DNA of 47,814 bases from NCBI GenBank assembly GCA_018263575.1, contig JAANWX010000056.1, forward strand, positions 1 through 47,814, written 5' to 3'. The stretch is from Chloroflexota bacterium. GTDB taxonomy: Bacteria; Chloroflexota; Anaerolineae; Anaerolineales; UBA11858. The notes under the pieces were generated by a model. That model saw nothing but the letters and a program-made list of their open reading frames with translations. It made no database searches and was not told the origin of the DNA. How positions within the stretch are numbered: the first letter of the stretch is position 1; the number at the start of each line of letters is the position of its first letter. This document shows positions 37,788 through 46,062 of the stretch, piece by piece. Position numbers and translations under genes: made by a program.

Positions 37788-39227
37788 ATGAAAACTTCCA
37801 ACACAATTGCCTTCCAATCCCCACAATTTGCCGTCCTTTCCGAGAGCCAATTGCGCGACCTGCACCTCGGCGCGTTGGAATTATTGCGGCGGACGGGGAT
37901 CCGCTTCTATCACGACCAGGCCCTAAAGATGCTCGGAGAGGCCGGGGCTTTCGTCTCGGACGGCAACCTGGTCAAATTTCCGGCCCGCATGGTCGAGGAT
38001 GCCCTCGCCACTGTGCCTGAACGGGTCATCATGTGTGACCGGGATGGGGAGCCAGCCGTCTTTTTGGAGGATCATAAAGTCAATTTTGGGACCGGCTCGG
38101 ATTGTATCAATTTCCTTGATCCTGAGACGGGAGAGCATCGCAAGTTCACCCAGGCTGACATTATCAAAGGGTATCACTTATGCGACGCGCTGCCCAATAT
38201 CGATTTTGTGATGTCGATAGGCATCCCCGCCGACGTGGACCCCGGTATCACTTACGATGCGCAAATGGCCCTGATGCTGGAACATACCACCAAGCCCCTC
38301 GTTTTCGTCACTGATGACAAAGCCAGTTGCCAGCGGGCCATCGACATGGCCGCGGCGGTGGCGGGCGGGCACGAGGCTTTGCGAGAGCAGCAGCATATCC
38401 TGCTCTACTCGGAACCCAGTTCCCCCCTCCAACAATCGGAAACAGCCGTGGATAAGCTGCTCTTAATGGCCGAACACGAGCTTCCGGTTGTGCACTCTCC
38501 CGGCCTGTTGATGGGCGGAACGGCCCCGATCACAATGGCCAGCGGGTTGGTGATGTCCATGGCCGAGATTCTCAGTGGGCTGGTCGTCCACCAGATGACC
38601 AACCCCGGCGCGCCCTTCATCTTTGGGGCCGGTCTCCATCACATGGACATGAAGGCCACCCAGATTTGCTATGGCGGCCCCGAATTCCAACTCACCAAGG
38701 CGGCCGTGGCCGAACTGGGACGCTGGTATGGGATGCCCACCTGGGGCTATGCGGGCTGCTCGGACGCCAAGGTCATGGACGAACAAGCGGCGGCGGAAGC
38801 CATGCTCTCGGTGACAATGGCCAAGCTGACGGGCGCCAACCTCATCCACGATGTCGGGTACATGGAAAGCGGCCTGACCACCTCCTTCGAAATGATTGCC
38901 TTGAGCGATGAATTGATAGGCCTGACGGGGAGTTTGATGAAGGGCATTGAGGTCAACGAAGAGACCATGATGCTGGACGAACTGCATGAGATTGGGCCGG
39001 GCGGGCACTTCCTCTCCACCGACGCCACCATGAACCGCTTCCGGGATTTTTGGTACCCGGATATGATCAGCCGCGAGATTCGTGATACCTGGCTAGAGCG
39101 GGACGCAAAACCGCTGGGCCAGCGCCTGAACGAAAAGGTCAAGACCATCATCGCCGAACACCGCCCCCAGCCGTTGGAGAAAGGGAAAAAGGAGAAAGTG
39201 CAGGCCATTCTCGCCCAAGCCGCTTAA
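37788..39227 (+). CDS. MttB-superfamily methyltransferase, non-pyrrolysine, copy 6
   Basis: FGTGSD, YSEPSSPL, HHMDMK, GYAGCSDAK, HDVGYME; closest to copy 3; AAGGAG upstream of ATG 37788. Confidence 0.9.
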   Translation: MKTSNTIAFQSPQFAVLSESQLRDLHLGALELLRRTGIRFYHDQALKMLGEAGAFVSDGNLVKFPARMVEDALATVPERVIMCDRDGEPAVFLEDHKVNFGTGSDCINFLDPETGEHRKFTQADIIKGYHLCDALPNIDFVMSIGIPADVDPGITYDAQMALMLEHTTKPLVFVTDDKASCQRAIDMAAAVAGGHEALREQQHILLYSEPSSPLQQSETAVDKLLLMAEHELPVVHSPGLLMGGTAPITMASGLVMSMAEILSGLVVHQMTNPGAPFIFGAGLHHMDMKATQICYGGPEFQLTKAAVAELGRWYGMPTWGYAGCSDAKVMDEQAAAEAMLSVTMAKLTGANLIHDVGYMESGLTTSFEMIALSDELIGLTGSLMKGIEVNEETMMLDELHEIGPGGHFLSTDATMNRFRDFWYPDMISREIRDTWLERDAKPLGQRLNEKVKTIIAEHRPQPLEKGKKEKVQAILAQAA

Positions 39228-39411
39228 TCCACTAATCTTCGCTAATCTTCGCTAATCTACGCTAATTTAACATATGTCTCTAGGAATTCACGGGGTTATA
39301 CCCAAATTGCTGCTCTGAGGGTGGCTTATGTTAAGCTTAGCAATTCCCCGTATCCCGTCCGCAGGATGTGGCCATCCTGCTCGAGCGTGGTGAAAAAATA
39401 GTATCCAAAAT

Positions 39412-39563
39412 GTGAGCGTTCACTACCCCAAAGAGATAGACTTCAAAAGTCTTCAAAATAGAGCTTGGTGGACCCAAAAGTTCAAAAACGCTTATGAAAC
39501 TTCTCTTAAAACATCCTCTGAGACTTTTGAAGTTTGCGCTAGGGGGAGGGGCTGAATGGTTAC
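39412..39563 (+). mobile_element. MITE family A copy (152 bp) with 8-bp target duplication TCCAAAAT
   Basis: Ends GTGAGCGTTCA / TGAATGGTTAC; direct repeats at 39404-39411 and 39564-39571; near-identical to the reverse complement of 29610-29761. Confidence 0.88.
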
Positions 39564-39641
39564 TCCAAAATAAGTACCCCGCGAAATCCCCAAGAGCCTT
39601 TAACATTTATGTCGATTAGGAATGATAGAAAAGGATCAACT

Positions 39642-40799
39642 ATGAATTTTGCCACCCGCACCCACCACCTCGCTCCGGAAGGCGCTTACCAGGTATTATC
39701 CCGCGCTCAGGAACTGGAAGCCCAGGGACGAGAGATCGTCCATCTTGAGATTGGCCAGCCGGATTTCGCGACGTTTTCTCACGTCAGCTCGGCGGGGATT
39801 CAGGCTATCCGGGACGGCCACACTTGTTACACGCCCCCCGCTGGGATGCCGTCTTTGCGGGCGGCCATCGCCGAAGACGCCGGGAAACGCCGGGGGATGG
39901 ATTTCCGTTCCGAGCAGGTAGTCGTCAGCCCGGGCGCGAAGCCCAACTTGTTCTTCCCCACCCTGGCCCTGGTCGAGCCGGGTGATGAGGTGATCTACCC
40001 CAACCCTGGATTCCCCACCTACCAGGCCATGATCGGCATCGCGGGCGGCGTCCCGGTGCCGGTTCCCCTGCTGGAAGAAAAGGGCTTCTCCTTCGATTTG
40101 GAGGCCTTCGACGCCCTGATCAATGAGCGCACGAAGTTGATCATCCTCAACTCCCCCAGCAACCCCACTGGCGGCATTATGCCCCTGGCGGATTTGGAGC
40201 ACATTGCCGAAGCGGCCCGGCGCTATGACTGCTGGGTTCTCTCAGATGAGATTTATACCCGCCTGGTCTATGACGGGGTGGAAGCCCCCTCGATTGCGGC
40301 CTTGCCCGGCATGGTGGAGCGCACGGTGATCATGGACGGGTTCTCGAAGACTTACTCCATGACCGGTTGGCGGTTGGGGTACGGGATTATGCCCGAGTCC
40401 CTGGCGGATAAGGTGGGGCTATTGTTGACCCATTCGGTGGGATGCACGGCCCATTTCACCCAATACGCGGGAATCGAAGCCCTCACCGGCCCGCAGGAGG
40501 AGGTGGAGGAGATGGTGGCGGAATACGCCCGCCGCCGGGAGGTGATCGTGGCGGGATTGAACGCCCTCCCCGGCGTGACCTGCCAAAACCCGCAGGGAGC
40601 ATTTTACGTTTTCCCCAACATCCGGGCGCTGGGAAAATCCTCCCACGAGGTGGCGGATTGGCTGCTGGAGGAAGCGGGCGTGGCGCTCTTGCCCGGTTCG
40701 GCCTTTGGGGAATACGGTGAGGGGTATTTGCGGCTCTCGTATGCCAACTCAGTGGAGAATATCGAGCTGGCTTTGGAGCGGATGGGGGATGTGCTTTAA
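39642..40799 (+). CDS. Class I/II PLP-dependent aminotransferase (AspC-like)
   Basis: IGQPDF, NSPSNPTG, SDEIY, GFSKTYSMTGWRLG, GAFYVF. Confidence 0.93.
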   Translation: MNFATRTHHLAPEGAYQVLSRAQELEAQGREIVHLEIGQPDFATFSHVSSAGIQAIRDGHTCYTPPAGMPSLRAAIAEDAGKRRGMDFRSEQVVVSPGAKPNLFFPTLALVEPGDEVIYPNPGFPTYQAMIGIAGGVPVPVPLLEEKGFSFDLEAFDALINERTKLIILNSPSNPTGGIMPLADLEHIAEAARRYDCWVLSDEIYTRLVYDGVEAPSIAALPGMVERTVIMDGFSKTYSMTGWRLGYGIMPESLADKVGLLLTHSVGCTAHFTQYAGIEALTGPQEEVEEMVAEYARRREVIVAGLNALPGVTCQNPQGAFYVFPNIRALGKSSHEVADWLLEEAGVALLPGSAFGEYGEGYLRLSYANSVENIELALERMGDVL

Positions 40800-40804
40800 C
40801 GCAG
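40754..40804 (+). repeat. 51-bp direct repeat, copy 1 (aminotransferase 3' end)
   Basis: Identical to 42056-42106. Confidence 0.92.
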
Positions 40805-40858
40805 CGGCGCGGAGAGGCGGGGGATTTTTTGCCAACAACACTCAAATGATCTAAGCAA

Positions 40859-40887
40859 CATGCGGAAGTGACAGTCACTTCCGCATG
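40859..40887. repeat. Perfect palindrome CATGCGGAAGTGAC-A-GTCACTTCCGCATG
   Basis: 14-bp arms. Confidence 0.8.
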
Positions 40888-41078
40888 CAGCTATCCAAAT
40901 GAAATTCTCCCCCCACCCGTCTTCTGGGTGACTACTCAATCCCGAAAAAATTATGTTATACTCTATTGAAGATAAGTTGAACATCATTTCCCTGCTCCCG
41001 GACATGGCACATGTGATTTAAGTACACTGAGGAAGAAATAGTAAGAAGCGATCGCTCTCACGCTTTAAGACAGATAAA

Positions 41079-41909
41079 ATGAAACAATTCAAACGTTCAA
41101 TTCGAAATTATTTTGTAGATGAGTCTGGGGATGGTGTTTTGTTCAACCGAAAGGGTCGGATCATTGTAGGTGAACGGGGGTGCTCAAAATTCTTTATCCT
41201 CGGTTTTGTAGATATTCCCAACCTTGCAGATATTACTAGTGAGTTAAATGCTCTGCGCGTTCAGTTATTGGCTGATCCCTATTTCCTAGATGTTCCTTCA
41301 ATGCAACCTGAAACGCACAAAACGGCTGAAGCTTTTCATGCCAAGGATGACTTACCTGAGGTACGGAAGGAAGTCTTTACACTCTTACGCCAACATCAAA
41401 TCCACTTTTCGGCTGTAGTGCGGGACAAGCAACAATTGCTTAGTTATGTAAAACAACGCAACAAACATGACGATAGTTATCGCTACCATCCCAACGAATT
41501 GTACGACTATCTAGTACGTCGCTTGTTTAAGACACGGCTTCATAAAGATGATGAGTACAATATCTATTTCGCCAAGCGAGGAAAATCTGATCGCACGACT
41601 GCTCTGTTACAGGCTTTACAAACAGCCCGTCATCGCTTTTGTAAGCAGCATAATATTGAGAATCAGTCGCTTATCAACGTAATACCCACAACACCCAAAC
41701 ATTGTGTCGGACAGCAAGTTGTAGATTATTTTCTGTGGGCCTTACAACGTTTCTACGAACGCGGTGAAACTCGCTTTATTCATTTATTGTGGGACTCAGT
41801 TAGCGTGGTGCATGACTTGGATGATACACGCCAAGCTGCTTATGGAGTATATTACACAAGCAAAAAGCCGCTAACAGTAGCAGCTTTAGAGAACAGGCGG
41901 GGGATATAG
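41079..41909 (+). CDS. DUF3800 domain protein
   Basis: N-terminal FVDESG, FHAK, C-terminal QVVD (QxxD); lower GC than flanks. Confidence 0.8.
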   Translation: MKQFKRSIRNYFVDESGDGVLFNRKGRIIVGERGCSKFFILGFVDIPNLADITSELNALRVQLLADPYFLDVPSMQPETHKTAEAFHAKDDLPEVRKEVFTLLRQHQIHFSAVVRDKQQLLSYVKQRNKHDDSYRYHPNELYDYLVRRLFKTRLHKDDEYNIYFAKRGKSDRTTALLQALQTARHRFCKQHNIENQSLINVIPTTPKHCVGQQVVDYFLWALQRFYERGETRFIHLLWDSVSVVHDLDDTRQAAYGVYYTSKKPLTVAALENRRGI

Positions 41910-41966
41910 GAACCCAAAACCAAGGTCTAGGATTCACACGGCTTGGAGCCGAATTTCGTCCCCTGC
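41897..41966 (+). ncRNA. Candidate DUF3800-associated structured RNA overlapping the stop codon
   Basis: GCGGGGGAT pairs with GTCCCCTGC and encloses two hairpins. Confidence 0.45.
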
Positions 41967-42055
41967 TCTGGGATTATAATACACAAATTTTAGATAGTTG
42001 TCAAGTTGTTGGCGTTGTTTTCGCGAATTGCCAAAAAACCCGGTTCAGTCTTTAG

Positions 42056-42106
42056 GGAGAATATCGAGCTGGCTTTGGAGCGGATGGGGGATGTGCTTTA
42101 ACGCAG
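42056..42106 (+). repeat. 51-bp direct repeat, copy 2
   Basis: Identical to 40754-40804. Confidence 0.92.
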
Positions 42107-42402
42107 AGGGGTGGAGAAGGGGAGAACGCCCAGTCGTGATTTGTAGGTCGTTAATGATCAAAGCGAGGCAGCCTAGACTGTCTCGCTTTTTGCTTTAAAC
42201 CGATGAGCTTCTCATTAGCACCCAAACCTGATTGGCAAATAGGGTTTACTCACCTGCAATCAAGGTATTAAAGCGATTCCCCAAAGTGCCAAAGACACAA
42301 TTTTGGAAGACGCCGCCGAACGCGATACCGTTTGTAGTATTACAGCCTGAACCAGCAAACCAAACACCTGCGCGATATCTCTGCTATCACCCACCTCATA
42401 TC

Positions 42403-42449
42403 TTGACAAAACATATAATAATATTTATGATAATATTTATAAATATTAT
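42403..42449 (+). promoter_or_regulatory. Promoter and 20-bp perfect palindromic operator candidate for the iscS-like operon
   Basis: TTGACA-17-TATGAT; ATAATATTTATAAATATTAT at 42430-42449. Confidence 0.7.
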
Positions 42450-42483
42450 AAAAGCACCTATTAAGAGGGAGCGTTGAGAACCT

Positions 42484-43650
42484 ATGTTTGGAGACCTGGT
42501 TTATTTAGATAATTCGGCTGCCACGCGCCTGGATGAGCGCGTGCTGGAGGCCATGCGGCCCTATTTTTTGGAAACCTACGCGGTGGCCACCTCCCAGTTT
42601 GGGTACTCGGCAGGGATTGAATCCCGGGAAGCCCTGGAGGGTGCTCGGGAGTCGATCGCGGCCCGTTTGGGCGCTAAGCGGGAGGAATTCCTGTTCACGT
42701 CCGGCAGCACGGAGTCGAGCAACATGGCCCTGAAAGGGGTAGCCCTGGCCTTGGGGGAGAAGAAGGGCCGGCATATCATCACCACCAAAATTGAAGATTT
42801 CCCCGTCTTGTACAGCGCACGTTCCCTGGGTAGACGCGGCTTCGAGATCACCTACCTGGATGTCGACGAGACTGGCCGCCTTGACCTGGATCAACTCCGG
42901 GATGCTATCCAAGCGGAGACCATTCTCGTCTCGGTTCAGGCCGCCAACCAGGAGATCGCCACCTTGCAGGATATTGAATCCATTGCCAAGATTTGCCAGG
43001 AGCGGGACGCCCTCTTTCATACCGATGCTACCCACACCTTCCCGCGCCTGCCGCTTAATGTGGGGGAAGTGCCGGTGGATCTGGTCACGGTCGCCTCGCA
43101 CCTCATCCACGGCCCCAAGGGGGTGGGCGGTCTTTACGTGCGGGAGAGGACTCCCCTCACCAAGTGGATGGATGGTGGGTTCCAGGAGTTCAACCTCCGG
43201 GCCGGAGCGGAAAACATCCCCGGCGCGGTGGGGTTTGCCAAAGCGGTGGAACTGGTCACTCTTGAAGAAACGTCCCGCCTGCGTGACATGCGCGACCGTC
43301 TGACGGAACGCTTGCTGGGAATCCCCCACGCCCGGCTCAACGGGCATCCCTCCCTGCGTTTGCCGCATAACACCAATGTCTCCTTCCGCTTTGTGGAGGG
43401 GGAATCGATTTTGCTGCACCTGGACATGCGCGGTTTTGCCGTCAGCACCGGATCGGCGTGTTTTAGCCGCTCCCTGGAGGCCAGCCACGTGATTATGGGC
43501 ATTGGCGGCAACCACGAACAAGCTCATGGCTCGGTGCGTTTCACGTTTGGGCGCTTCAACACCATGGACGATGTGGACGCGGTGGCGGGAGCGATCACCG
43601 AAGTAATTGAGAAATTACGGGAAATAAGCCCTTTGGGAAAGGATGAGTAG
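42484..43650 (+). CDS. IscS/NifS-like protein lacking the PLP-binding lysine
   Basis: YLDNSAAT, FTSGSTES, HTDA, SHLIHGPKG (canonical HK..GPKG), STGSAC, GSVRF. Confidence 0.9.
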   Translation: MFGDLVYLDNSAATRLDERVLEAMRPYFLETYAVATSQFGYSAGIESREALEGARESIAARLGAKREEFLFTSGSTESSNMALKGVALALGEKKGRHIITTKIEDFPVLYSARSLGRRGFEITYLDVDETGRLDLDQLRDAIQAETILVSVQAANQEIATLQDIESIAKICQERDALFHTDATHTFPRLPLNVGEVPVDLVTVASHLIHGPKGVGGLYVRERTPLTKWMDGGFQEFNLRAGAENIPGAVGFAKAVELVTLEETSRLRDMRDRLTERLLGIPHARLNGHPSLRLPHNTNVSFRFVEGESILLHLDMRGFAVSTGSACFSRSLEASHVIMGIGGNHEQAHGSVRFTFGRFNTMDDVDAVAGAITEVIEKLREISPLGKDE

Positions 43651-43652
43651 TT

Positions 43653-44291
43653 ATGACACAATTACCCTATACTGAAACTGTCATGGAGCATTTCAAGAAC
43701 CCCCAGAATGTGGGCCGCATTGAAAACCCGGACGCGAAATCTGTGGAAGGCAGCCCATCGTGTGGTGATATGGTGGCTTTGTATTTGCTTGTCGATGAAG
43801 ACACGCAAACCATTACCGATATTAAATTTGAATCCTACGGCTGCGCTTCCAATATTGCCACGGGATCCATAATCACTGAGCTTGCTAAGGGCAGAACGTT
43901 GGAAAAGGCGAAAGACATCACCTGGAAAGAGGCGACCGAAGCGCTGGGTGGTCTCCCGCCCATTAAGACGCATTGTTCCATTTTGGCGGTGGATGGTTTG
44001 CGGGCTGCCATAGAAAACTATGAAGAAAAACACGGCCTGGTCAAAGAACGGGTCCCCACCACGAAGAATGTGGTTGTTAAACGCCTCAAACGAGTCATGA
44101 ACCCCATTGTTGGCCTGGATTTAGTGCGCACCAAGTTGGTTGATGATATTGAAGTTGAGGATGGGGTAGTTCGCGTTGAGATCAAGTTAGCGGAAGATCA
44201 CCAATTTGCGCCCAATATCCGCGAGGAAATTCATGAGAAACTTGACCACCTTTGGGATGTTGAAAAGGTGGTCGTCACTTACGAAGCGTAG
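43653..44291 (+). CDS. iscU: IscU/NifU-N scaffold fused to a degenerate DUF59 (SufT-like) domain
   Basis: HFKNPQNVG, CGD, GCAS, PPIKTHC; C-terminal LKRVMNPIVGLDLV...V..IEVEDG.V. Confidence 0.85.
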   Translation: MTQLPYTETVMEHFKNPQNVGRIENPDAKSVEGSPSCGDMVALYLLVDEDTQTITDIKFESYGCASNIATGSIITELAKGRTLEKAKDITWKEATEALGGLPPIKTHCSILAVDGLRAAIENYEEKHGLVKERVPTTKNVVVKRLKRVMNPIVGLDLVRTKLVDDIEVEDGVVRVEIKLAEDHQFAPNIREEIHEKLDHLWDVEKVVVTYEA

Positions 44292-44299
44292 GAGAAACT

Positions 44300-44521
44300 A
44301 TGGCTGAAATCAAGATTGATATCCGGGGTGAGACCTGCCCGGTCCCCCTGGTTGAAACCCGCAAAGCAGTCCGCCACGCCGAGGTGGGGGATATTATCGA
44401 AGTCACCGGCACGCACCCGACCTCCAGAAAGGAGATTCCGATGGCTGTTGAGGCCCTATCCTTGACGTTATTGAGCAACGAAGGCACAGATACGGAATGG
44501 GTGATTCGCATTCGCCGATAA
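44300..44521 (+). CDS. tusA: TusA/SirA-family sulfur carrier
   Basis: 73 aa; DIRGETCPVP. Confidence 0.88.
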   Translation: MAEIKIDIRGETCPVPLVETRKAVRHAEVGDIIEVTGTHPTSRKEIPMAVEALSLTLLSNEGTDTEWVIRIRR

Positions 44522-44554
44522 GCAATCGGGGACTAGGAACTAAAGGAGCATACT

Positions 44555-44995
44555 ATGACCCAAGAACAGAAGGCTTCCCCAGAACAAGCTACCATTGTCC
44601 TGCATAGTGGGGATATGGACAAAGTTTACAGCGCCCTGATCGTTGCCAATGGCGCCTTGGCGATGGGCATGGAGGCTTCCATTTATTTCACATTCTGGGG
44701 GCTGCAACGCCTGGAAAAGGGCGGCCTAGAAAAAGGCCCTCTCTCCAAGATGCACCTTTTTGGACTGGGGAAGTGGATGATCAAACAGCGCATGAAAAAG
44801 TCCAATGTAGCCAAATTAGAGCGTTTGATGAATGACTTCAAAACCTTGGGCGGGCGGATCATCGCTTGCGAAATGACCATGGACATTATGGGCATCGATG
44901 CCGATGACTTACGCCAAGATTGGATTGACGAATATGGCGCGGTGGGGACGTATGTTCAAGAGGCACGCAAATCGGAGATCACGCTCTTTATTTAG
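44555..44995 (+). CDS. DsrE2 (DsrE/DsrF/DrsH-like) sulfur-relay protein
   Basis: SGDMDK, FTFWGL, IACEMTMDIMG, LFI terminus. Confidence 0.88.
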   Translation: MTQEQKASPEQATIVLHSGDMDKVYSALIVANGALAMGMEASIYFTFWGLQRLEKGGLEKGPLSKMHLFGLGKWMIKQRMKKSNVAKLERLMNDFKTLGGRIIACEMTMDIMGIDADDLRQDWIDEYGAVGTYVQEARKSEITLFI

Positions 44996-45105
44996 GGGGT
45001 ACTATCGCTCGTAACCAATCGAGAAAAATCGCGCCGCTTTCCCAACGGGGCGGCGGATGAGCCGCAGGTTCGTCTGCATAAAGGCCGAGTCCAGTCACCC
45101 GCGTC

Positions 45106-45702
45106 CTACCGACTACTTTCTTTTACATACACAAAAAGGGCCATCTCGACGTCGGCGGCAAACCACTTTCCGCCATCTCTGCCCAGCGGGTTACGCACGC
45201 CAAGCCGTTGGAGTAGAGCGGCGACTTTTTGGCAATCGTCGGAAAAGCGCTGATAACCGCGACTATTGAGAGGATAGCCCAACATTTCTGATAATGTGCT
45301 GTCAAGGACAGGGCACACGTCGGGACGCAACAGGCGCAGGTGCTTCGATGAAAATGATACCCCCAGGTGCCGCACTCGCCGCACGGCACGCAGTGCGCTT
45401 TGAACGTCGGGCGGGTCTAGAGATAGGGCCGCTATTGCACTGTCAAACTGGCGTTGGATGTCCGGCCAGGCGTTCTGTCCGAGAACCCGTGCCGCGGTCC
45501 CTGGATAGCCGCCCCACGCGCATACACTCCGTATGAAATCGCTCAACTGCTGCCGCGAAAAGTTGGTCAACAACTGCCTTGCCTCGACCTCTAGCGACAT
45601 TGTCTTTTCTACCTGCGGGTGACGTTCGACAAGCCCTGTGAAAGCCCCAGGTTGCACAGGGCTTCCTGCAACGATGATAACTTGATCTGTAATTTGTAGC
45701 AT
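45106..45702 (-). CDS. Hypothetical protein with HhH-GPD/OGG glycosylase-like motifs
   Basis: WGG, LGVSFSSKHLRLLRP...PVLD, W.AADVEMALF; AAGGA upstream of ATG 45702. Confidence 0.55.
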   Translation of the reverse strand: MLQITDQVIIVAGSPVQPGAFTGLVERHPQVEKTMSLEVEARQLLTNFSRQQLSDFIRSVCAWGGYPGTAARVLGQNAWPDIQRQFDSAIAALSLDPPDVQSALRAVRRVRHLGVSFSSKHLRLLRPDVCPVLDSTLSEMLGYPLNSRGYQRFSDDCQKVAALLQRLGVRNPLGRDGGKWFAADVEMALFVYVKESSR

Positions 45703-45783
45703 ATGCCCAAATCCTTGGCTATGGGCTACAGCGTCCGACCAACCGCGCTGTGGCCATCGTTTGAAAAAACTACTTTCGCTTTT

Positions 45784-46025
45784 GCGAAGCACCCTCTTGA
45801 GGGACTGGTCGAGGGTACTGGTAGGCGTTGGGGATTTCGCTCTACGGTGTACAGCCCATGGGCTAGTGCGTGCCATCGGCAAAAACATTCTGAAATAAAG
45901 TGATTTGTAGGGAAGTATTTTGCTGGACCAGGTGTCTTTTTTACCACGACTCTCCGCTTTTTCTTTGCGATAGAAGAATTTTACTTGTTTTCGACTTTAC
46001 CCCTAGCGAAGCACCCTCTTGAGGG
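45784..46025. repeat. Two 20-bp direct repeats GCGAAGCACCCTCTTGAGGG (45784-45803 and 46006-46025)
   Basis: Exact match, 222-bp period. Confidence 0.85.
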
Positions 46026-46062
46026 TTGTCACTGCAATTCATCGGTAGGCAAATTTCTATAT

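Noticed and set aside
45030-45105. Complete integron attC site
   Set aside because: Only the right half is recognisable; no RYYYAAC left box and no intI.
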